A stretch of 16,791 nucleotides of DNA from Fibrobacterota bacterium (GTDB lineage: Bacteria > Fibrobacterota > Fibrobacteria > UBA11236). Made by a program: the position numbers and the translations under genes. Positions 8,019-14,284 of this stretch are shown piece by piece. Within the stretch, counting starts at the first letter, position 1. Every line of letters begins with the position of its first letter. The stretch is from contig JAYUVP010000237.1 in NCBI GenBank assembly GCA_043753995.1, positions 1-16,791 on the forward strand. The letters are read 5' to 3'. Below the pieces are notes generated by a model, which was given only the letters and a program-made list of their open reading frames with translations, did not search any database and was not told where the DNA came from.

Positions 8019-9178
8019 CTGGAACTACTGGGCTCCCCTTCGCGATTCTGGCGGGTTTGGCTGTCCAGGCGATGCTTGTCGAAGATATAGCGGACGATTT
8101 TTTCTTGTAAAGTCGTTTCGATACCGGAAAATTTGATGTTGTGCTCGAAATCCTCGCGGCCATTCCGGCGCGAAGGTGCCATGCGAATCACGGTGGCTTC
8201 GATGCCACGCAAGGATGCGCCGGGTAAATCGAAGTTGATTGAAAGGCGATGGCCTTGGGGTATCGGGGTGGGGAATCTGGCGCAGGTTCCACCTCCCGAT
8301 AAATCCAGCATGCGTCCTTCAAGTACCAATCCAACGGGCAGGCCCATTTCGTCTTCCTCAATTTTGTCGGGCACGGCGACTATGGTAACGCGGCAGGGGA
8401 TGGTGACATCAATGCGCACCCAACTGCGCAATTGCTTTCGCTTCAAATCGCGCGTATGTCCTAATTGCAAGGTTCCCGCCCCATGGCGAAGACCGAGAAC
8501 AGGAACGCGCACTTGGTATTCCGCATCGCCTGGACGCAAGACATGCGCCTCTACCTCGGCTGTTCCACCCAATAGGGCAAGCTGTTCGCAGGACACTAGC
8601 CAGATTTTTTCATTCACCTCGACAAGGAATCCCTTGACCGTCTTGTCTCCCGGGCCCTTCATCAAAACCGGACAACCTTGAGGGAATTGCCTGGTGCTAG
8701 TGAGCGGTACCTCCGAGGGCATTTGAGAATAACCGAGTTTATGCCGTAACCCGCGTAATACGGCCCAAAGCGTTTCGTCCTTTTGCAAGCGGGCAGAATT
8801 TAAGCGAAGCCATTCTTCGAGGCTTTCGTCGTAAATCGATGCCGATTCGAAAATCAAATCAGCACTGGTGATTAAGCCGGTCTGGGCGATTTTGCGGAGC
8901 AAGTCCTTTTCAACCGGCGAAAGTCCTTTGGTCGAGGAGGACGTGTCGAAATAATGCCAACCGATGGCGATGGCCTCATGCCGCTTTTTATTGGTTCGTC
9001 TAATTTCCAGCAGAACGAGAAGGCCCACAAAGCCGATGAGTATGCCACCCACCATCATCATCACCCAAGGGGAATAGCGGCCAAAGCCGCTGCCCAGGGC
9101 GCGTAAAACTTCTTCCGTGGCGGCGGCCGAAGCCGTCATTGCGGTTAAAAGGAGGTAGGGTAGGATTCGCCAAGGCAT
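8015..9178 (-). CDS. membrane-anchored PilZ-domain c-di-GMP receptor (YcgR/flagellar-brake-like)
   Basis: Intact PilZ motifs RSWVR (RxxxR) and DLSGGG (DxSxxG), with C-terminal IKFSGI...QEKIVRYIF. N-terminal signal-like segment, a TM helix (WVMMMVGGILIGFVGLLVLL) followed by RRTNKKR, and a beta-rich domain before the PilZ domain. Confidence 0.85.
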   Translation of the reverse strand: MPWRILPYLLLTAMTASAAATEEVLRALGSGFGRYSPWVMMMVGGILIGFVGLLVLLEIRRTNKKRHEAIAIGWHYFDTSSSTKGLSPVEKDLLRKIAQTGLITSADLIFESASIYDESLEEWLRLNSARLQKDETLWAVLRGLRHKLGYSQMPSEVPLTSTRQFPQGCPVLMKGPGDKTVKGFLVEVNEKIWLVSCEQLALLGGTAEVEAHVLRPGDAEYQVRVPVLGLRHGAGTLQLGHTRDLKRKQLRSWVRIDVTIPCRVTIVAVPDKIEEDEMGLPVGLVLEGRMLDLSGGGTCARFPTPIPQGHRLSINFDLPGASLRGIEATVIRMAPSRRNGREDFEHNIKFSGIETTLQEKIVRYIFDKHRLDSQTRQNREGEPSSSS

Positions 9179-9219
9179 TCAAGGATCCGGAAACTGGATT
9201 CATTGTCCCACAAAATCCA

Positions 9220-9249
9220 TTGCCTGTCCGCTCTTCCTAGGTCTAAAAT
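9220..9249 (+). promoter_or_regulatory. sigma-70 promoter for the HDOD-fliN pair
   Basis: TTGCCT-N18-TAAAAT, about 40 nt upstream of the TTG start at 9289, which has a GAGGA RBS. Confidence 0.5.
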
Positions 9250-9288
9250 CCCTCAAAGGAGCGGAACGGATGTTTCGCGAGAGGACAA

Positions 9289-10173
9289 TTGCCCCAAGAA
9301 GCCCCTGATGTGAAATCCGTGGTTCAGAAAATCACGGACCTACCCGCGCTGCCAACTATGTTGGCAACTCTCAATCGGCTCATGGCCGATCCCCGTACCT
9401 CGGCCGATACCTTAGGCAAGGCACTATCCTCGGATCCGGCCTTGGTTTCCAAGGTGCTGAAGTTGGTGAACTCCGCTTTTTATGGCTTTCCCGGGCGTAT
9501 TGGCACCATATCTCAGGCCGTAGTCATCCTAGGTTTCAGCTCCATACGCAATTTGGTGCTGACCACATCCATCATGCAAATGTTCGGCACTAAGGGCCAA
9601 AAGCAAGGCTTTGACGTGGAAGCCTTTTGGCGGCACTCCTTGCAAACCGCAGCTCTTGCGAGGCAACTTGCCTTGGAACGTGGTGATGCCTATATCGAAG
9701 AAGCTTTTATCGGCGGATTGCTTCATGATATGGGCCGCATGGTCTTGAGTCAAAAATTGCCAGCTGAATTTGAAAAAGTCCTGGCCCATGCGACTAAAAC
9801 GGGCGGCTTTTTGCGTCAAAGCGAGAAAGTCATTCTTGGTACGACTCATTCGGAAATTGGTGCCTGGCTTGCGCAAAAATGGAATTTACCCGCGCCACTC
9901 ATTGATGTCATTCAATATCACCATGCGCCGAAAGAGGCGCCAGTGCGTGACGCGCCAAATGGAAAGGAGTCGGCCAGCCATTTGATCTCCTTGGTGCATA
10001 TTTCCGACGATTTATCTGATTTTGTCGTTGACGGAAAATTGAATTGGACCCTTGTCGGAGAGAAGAGGCCCGAGTTGGTGAAGCTTACTGGATTGTCGCC
10101 CGAAGACGGCTCTCGTTTTGCGGAGCGGGCCGCCGAAGAAATCGCGCGTTCCCTCGCTTTCTTGGATCCTTAA
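9289..10173 (+). CDS. HDOD-domain signal transduction protein
   Basis: DLPALP, DPALVSKVLKLVNSAFYG, ISQAVVILG, FWRHS, AFIGGLLHDMGR, THSEIGAWLAQKWNLP, IQYHHAP. Confidence 0.93.
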   Translation: MPQEAPDVKSVVQKITDLPALPTMLATLNRLMADPRTSADTLGKALSSDPALVSKVLKLVNSAFYGFPGRIGTISQAVVILGFSSIRNLVLTTSIMQMFGTKGQKQGFDVEAFWRHSLQTAALARQLALERGDAYIEEAFIGGLLHDMGRMVLSQKLPAEFEKVLAHATKTGGFLRQSEKVILGTTHSEIGAWLAQKWNLPAPLIDVIQYHHAPKEAPVRDAPNGKESASHLISLVHISDDLSDFVVDGKLNWTLVGEKRPELVKLTGLSPEDGSRFAERAAEEIARSLAFLDP

Positions 10174-10174
10174 C

Positions 10175-10465
10175 ATGGCTGCAGAATACAAGCGGTCCAA
10201 TAAAAAGCGCCTCACCATGGAGCAATTACAAGATATCAGCCTACCGGTAAAGCTAGAGCTCGGTCATAAAACCATTTCGGTACGCGATTTACTCGACATG
10301 GAGGCCGGCACCATAGTCAAGCTGGACAGGCTCGCAGGTGAGCCCGTAGACATGGTCATTAATGGGAAGGCTATCGCAAAAGGAGAAGTCGCCGTTATCG
10401 ACGAAAACTTCGCCGTACGTATAGTGACCTTGCTTTCGCCTGAAGAGCGACTAAAGCTGCTTTAA
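10175..10465 (+). CDS. fliN: flagellar motor switch protein FliN (SpoA domain, 96 aa)
   Basis: DISLPVKLELGHKTISVRDLLDMEAGTIVKLDRLAGEPVDMVINGKAIAKGEVAVIDENFAVRI. ATG at 10175 lies 1 nt after the HDOD stop. The 3' end overlaps the convergent gene by 15 nt. Confidence 0.9.
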   Translation: MAAEYKRSNKKRLTMEQLQDISLPVKLELGHKTISVRDLLDMEAGTIVKLDRLAGEPVDMVINGKAIAKGEVAVIDENFAVRIVTLLSPEERLKLL

Positions 10466-12580
10466 TTCAATTTTCCGCGCCGACTCCAAATCGCCCTTGG
10501 ACAGGAAGGCGCGATGCAGGCTTTGCATGAGCTTTCGTTTTTCGGCATCATTGTCGAGCAAAACATTGGCCAAGCCCTGGCGGAACATGGAAATGGCTTG
10601 GTCGTAATTTTTCTTCTGCAGGTAAATCAAGCCGACTCGATGCTGTAATTCGGCCAAGCGATGATGCTTGGGGTATTGCTCGAATACCTTCAGATAATAG
10701 CTAATGGCCTTATCCGGGTCCTGCTCCAATTCCAGCTCAGCCAAGCGGAGCCAGCTTTCGCCGGTAAAGGTGCCGCGTGGGTAACGGGCCAAATAGTCCT
10801 CGAATTTTTTCTTGGCCTCTTCGCGATCTTGCGGAAGTCGGCTATGGTCCGTACGCAGTCTGGCAATTCCAAAAAGCGCAGCTTCATGTCGCATGCCAGG
10901 AATGCCTTGGGCAACCACCTGTTCGTAAAGCTTGGTGGCCAAAACCCAATTGTCTTCCTGCACGGCTTCAGCTTGTTGAAACAAGGTTTCCAAGTCCACC
11001 TTGCTTGATGGAGGCAGGATTATAGCTTCGGAAGTTTGGGGCAAGACGGCGGCTGCACGCCTCTCGCGCTGGACGGGCGCGGCAATTGAGGCCATCGAAG
11101 TGGGTTCAGGACGCAATTGCGCTGCCACTTGATTGCTCAATCCTTTATGCAAAGTCACCAAGGTGTCCAACTGCAAGAAACCAGGCTTGTACAAACGAAT
11201 GGTATGGTTGCCGGGAGCTTGAAGCATGGCCAGTGGCGTCACGCCACGATAATGCCCATCGATGAAAACCTCAACCTGACTTTGGGTCGAAGTGATGGAA
11301 AGCACTTCAAAACGAGTGAGGTCTTGCATGGCCGGGAGATTTTCAATGGTTTCCCGCGAAATCACTTGGCCGCCATTTTGAACTCGATAGCGACTGCTTG
11401 CAGGATCAAAAACCAGGCTTTGACCTTCGTGAAGGTAAAGGTCGCCGATCTCAGGCGAAATAATATGGACCTTGCCTTCATAAACCGTGGTCGCAACGCG
11501 CCCGTCGGCATCCGGATTGACCTGAAAATAAGTTCCGACAACTTCAATACGGTAATCCGAAGTCGCGACTTCAAAGCGCTCGGATTTATTTCGCTTAGTC
11601 ACGAAAAAGGTGGCCTTGCCAGAGGATGGTTGCCCCTGCCTTGCGACCAGGCGATATTTGACTTCGCGGCGATTGGCTTTTTCCAGGCGAACGGCGGCGC
11701 CATTCCGTAATTCGACCGAACCGCGTCCATTCACCACGGTCACGGCTCCGTTTTCGCTGGAAGCTAAAACCGGCGAAGACTTGGCGGAAATGGGGCTACC
11801 CACGGAGAGGTTGCCGTTTTCCTGTGCCGGGCTACCCTGGGTTTGATAAACCACAGTCGCTATGGGGCTCTCTTTTTCCTGATAAAAGCGATAGCCGAAA
11901 AAGGCGCTGGCCATGGTCAGCATAACCGCGGAAAAGACCTTGGCCACTTTATGGCGCGACCAGAAACCGAAACTGAGGGCTAAGCCAGCATGGGTAAGCT
12001 GACCTTGCTTTTCCGTTGCGGCGATACGGGCGAAAAGCGTATGCTCGGCATTTTCCAGCCGGCCTTGAACCATAACCGTTTCGTCCGCTTTCAGCAGCTT
12101 TTCCCAAGCCTCTTCGGGTGCTTTTGCCAGATTGTGGTCCAGCTTGTCCTCAATGGCTTCATAAAGCGCCGGAGCGGGATGCTCGGAAGCCTTGATTTGC
12201 ATTTCCCAAGGCGCCGACCCTTGTAAGGAGAGAATGCGATCTTCCAGGCGATTTTCCATACGCTGCCATTGGCCTTCCAGAGAAGGTGCCGGCGAGGCGA
12301 TGACATCGTCTATGGGTTGGTCATATTCCTTGTATGCGGCAATGCGCGAAAGCAAGGCGCCTTCGATGCGCTCGAACATGCCCATTTCACTGGGGGCATC
12401 GGCTTTCAAATCTGATAGCGATCCAAGTTTGTCGCAGGCTTGCAGCCGAGCAAAGAGCTTGGCCTCGAGCGAGGCCCAGTCAAAGCGCGGCTCGCCCACG
12501 TCCTGCTTGAGCAGGCCTTCAAAGCGAGCCAGGCGGCTGTCGCCGCTGGAATCGCCTGATTGGGGGTTGAACTCGTTCAT
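10451..12580 (-). CDS. anti-sigma factor / transmembrane sensor: repeated cytoplasmic domain, TM helix, FecR, PEGA and TPR domains
   Basis: ATGA-coupled to the ECF sigma. TM helix VFSAVMLTMASAFFGY. FecR motifs RFEVATSDYRIEVVGTYFQV...TTVYEGKV...LHEGQ. PEGA LSITST...VEVFIDGHYRGVTPL...PGNHTIRLYKPGF. TPRs YLARYPRG, FEQYPKH, VGLIYLQKKNYDQAISMF. Confidence 0.85.
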   Translation of the reverse strand: MNEFNPQSGDSSGDSRLARFEGLLKQDVGEPRFDWASLEAKLFARLQACDKLGSLSDLKADAPSEMGMFERIEGALLSRIAAYKEYDQPIDDVIASPAPSLEGQWQRMENRLEDRILSLQGSAPWEMQIKASEHPAPALYEAIEDKLDHNLAKAPEEAWEKLLKADETVMVQGRLENAEHTLFARIAATEKQGQLTHAGLALSFGFWSRHKVAKVFSAVMLTMASAFFGYRFYQEKESPIATVVYQTQGSPAQENGNLSVGSPISAKSSPVLASSENGAVTVVNGRGSVELRNGAAVRLEKANRREVKYRLVARQGQPSSGKATFFVTKRNKSERFEVATSDYRIEVVGTYFQVNPDADGRVATTVYEGKVHIISPEIGDLYLHEGQSLVFDPASSRYRVQNGGQVISRETIENLPAMQDLTRFEVLSITSTQSQVEVFIDGHYRGVTPLAMLQAPGNHTIRLYKPGFLQLDTLVTLHKGLSNQVAAQLRPEPTSMASIAAPVQRERRAAAVLPQTSEAIILPPSSKVDLETLFQQAEAVQEDNWVLATKLYEQVVAQGIPGMRHEAALFGIARLRTDHSRLPQDREEAKKKFEDYLARYPRGTFTGESWLRLAELELEQDPDKAISYYLKVFEQYPKHHRLAELQHRVGLIYLQKKNYDQAISMFRQGLANVLLDNDAEKRKLMQSLHRAFLSKGDLESARKIELKQL

Positions 12581-13149
12581 GACCTGGGTTCCAATTCGTC
12601 GAGGTAATCCTTCATGTTCTTACGTGCCGTAAAAAGTCGAGATTTTACCGTGCCTTCGGGTATACCAAGCACGGTGGCAATTTCCGCCAAGTCCATGTCG
12701 CTGTAGATATGCAGCACCAAGGGGATGCGGAGCTTTTCGTCGAGTTTTTCGAGGGCTTTTTCCACCAAGTTTTTCAATTCGAATTGACGGCCGGCGCTTG
12801 GTTCGCGGCTTGGCAATTCATATTCCAAATCGTCAATGGACGTTGTTTGCTTATTTGAAATTCGCTTTTGGGCTTCTTGAAAGCGCCACCGCGCTGTGCA
12901 GGTATTGATGACGACGCGATGAAACCAAGTTTTGAAACTGCTGTCCCCATTGAAGGACTTGATCGACAAGTACACCTGGAAAAAGACATCCTGCACTAAG
13001 TCCTCATGCTCACCGTTGATACCGGTGATTTTGTAAACGAGGTTATAGGCATAGCCCTTATAAGTGTGAAAGATTTGCTTGAATGCCGCAGGGCTACCCG
13101 CTTTGCACTCGTTCAGCAATTCTTTGGAGGGCTCGGTTAGGGTGCTCAT
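12577..13149 (-). CDS. ECF RNA polymerase sigma-70 factor
   Basis: Region 2 EDLVQDVF...SFNGDSSFKTWFHRVVIN; region 4 DLAEIATVLGIPEGTVKSRLFTARK. AGGA RBS upstream. Confidence 0.95.
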   Translation of the reverse strand: MSTLTEPSKELLNECKAGSPAAFKQIFHTYKGYAYNLVYKITGINGEHEDLVQDVFFQVYLSIKSFNGDSSFKTWFHRVVINTCTARWRFQEAQKRISNKQTTSIDDLEYELPSREPSAGRQFELKNLVEKALEKLDEKLRIPLVLHIYSDMDLAEIATVLGIPEGTVKSRLFTARKNMKDYLDELEPRS

Positions 13150-13189
13150 TTTATCGGTCCTTCCGGCCTTAACCGGGGTTCCTGGTGAG

Positions 13190-13217
13190 TTAGTGGAAGG
13201 CCATGAAAAAAAAGTTT
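13190..13217 (-). promoter_or_regulatory. putative autoregulatory ECF promoter
   Basis: Minus strand AAACTT-N17-ACTAA, resembling the RpoE/AlgU type GAACTT-N16/17-TCTNA, about 40 nt upstream of the sigma start. Confidence 0.45.
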
Positions 13218-13243
13218 AAAAATGCCCTGCTTTTTTTTTCATG
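13202..13243. repeat. 12-bp perfect inverted repeat overlapping the putative ECF promoter
   Basis: CATGAAAAAAAA (13202-13213) and TTTTTTTTCATG (13232-13243), 18-nt spacer. Confidence 0.7.
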
Positions 13244-13362
13244 TGGGGGTATGGGGAGCGGCTTTTCGCGTTTTCCGATAAAATTCGCTGCTTTTACGCC
13301 TTATCATCGCTTTATTTAGTGGCAGAAACCAAGGCGTCGGGAGAAACTTTTTGCTGAAGCCT

Positions 13363-14259
13363 CTAAAACCTAAAGGTCAATCCGAGGCTAATTAAGGCTA
13401 GACCCAGGGTTCCGGCGGAAATCCGCTCCCAAGTTTTGGCCTTGCCGAATATTTCTCCAAATTGTTCCGGTCTATTTTGCTGATCGCTGAGACCTAGCCG
13501 GTGATACTGGTTGTAGTAATAGTTCTGGGCCATATAAGCCCCCAGGGAGGTGGTTGCCGCCAAGGCGGCTAAAGGAAAGAAGCGCGAGTGGTAAAATCGT
13601 CTGGAAATCAAGGGAAGGCTGAAGGTGTGTTCTCCAGGGCGAGATAAGTCCAAATCGATTTCGCGGGTCAGATATCCGGGATGGGAAACAACCACGTGCA
13701 AATTCCCAAGGGGGAGTACCCATTCCAACGGGGTAATACCTTCCAAACCATTGCTGGCCTGTATTTTAGCGCCTTCGGGCTGGGTCACCATGGCCACTTG
13801 CGCCACATATTGGGTGCGCAAATTTTCAATGATTTTCTGTGGAAATACCGAATTCAGCAAAGCGGCTTCGCCGCGGGGAGTTTCCAATTCGGTGAGCGGG
13901 TGGGCCAAGGCTTGCGCAACCTTGCCGGCTCGCCTTTGACCCTCGGTCAAAACCGCGGCGGTCAAAGCAATATTTTCTCCGGAGGAACGGCTGCGAATGA
14001 GAAGCCACAAATCCTGGGAATTCGTGTCATTGGGGTTTCTCGCCACATTGGTAAAGCAATAACCGAGGCCATTCAGAGGCGCTTGAAGGCGGGTAAAAAG
14101 AGTGTCAGAAAATCCGGGATTGATTTGCAGGTTCACGGACGACTCGGCGTGATAATACAGGCGCCGGCTGGACTCCGGGCAGGATATTTCCGCTTGCACC
14201 AAGGCGCATCCGACCATAAAAATCAACAAGGTTTGCTTCACAACGGGCATCACTGGCAT
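13363..14259 (-). CDS. exported PEGA-domain protein with C-terminal hydrophobic helices
   Basis: The real start is most likely ATG 14259 or 14250, which exposes a signal peptide (MPVVKQTLLIFMVGCALVQA). PEGA-like VAMVTQPEGAKI...GITPLEWVLPLGNLHVVVSHPGY. Two hydrophobic C-terminal segments, ending GLTFRF. Confidence 0.75.
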   Translation of the reverse strand: MPVMPVVKQTLLIFMVGCALVQAEISCPESSRRLYYHAESSVNLQINPGFSDTLFTRLQAPLNGLGYCFTNVARNPNDTNSQDLWLLIRSRSSGENIALTAAVLTEGQRRAGKVAQALAHPLTELETPRGEAALLNSVFPQKIIENLRTQYVAQVAMVTQPEGAKIQASNGLEGITPLEWVLPLGNLHVVVSHPGYLTREIDLDLSRPGEHTFSLPLISRRFYHSRFFPLAALAATTSLGAYMAQNYYYNQYHRLGLSDQQNRPEQFGEIFGKAKTWERISAGTLGLALISLGLTFRF

Positions 14260-14284
14260 GTTTCGTAAACATATTTTCGCATGC

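Noticed and set aside
9227..9265. 7-bp inverted repeat TCCGCTC/GAGCGGA around the HDOD -10 box
   Set aside because: Too short and widely spaced to distinguish from chance without conservation data.
10118..10174. Longer fliN start at 10118
   Set aside because: Overlaps the HDOD C-terminus; the ATG 1 nt after the HDOD stop fits translational coupling better.
13150..13282. Sigma-28-like CCGATAA words near 13151-13157 (minus) and 13275-13281 (plus)
   Set aside because: The first lies between the RBS and the start codon with no properly spaced -35. The second points away from any plus-strand gene.
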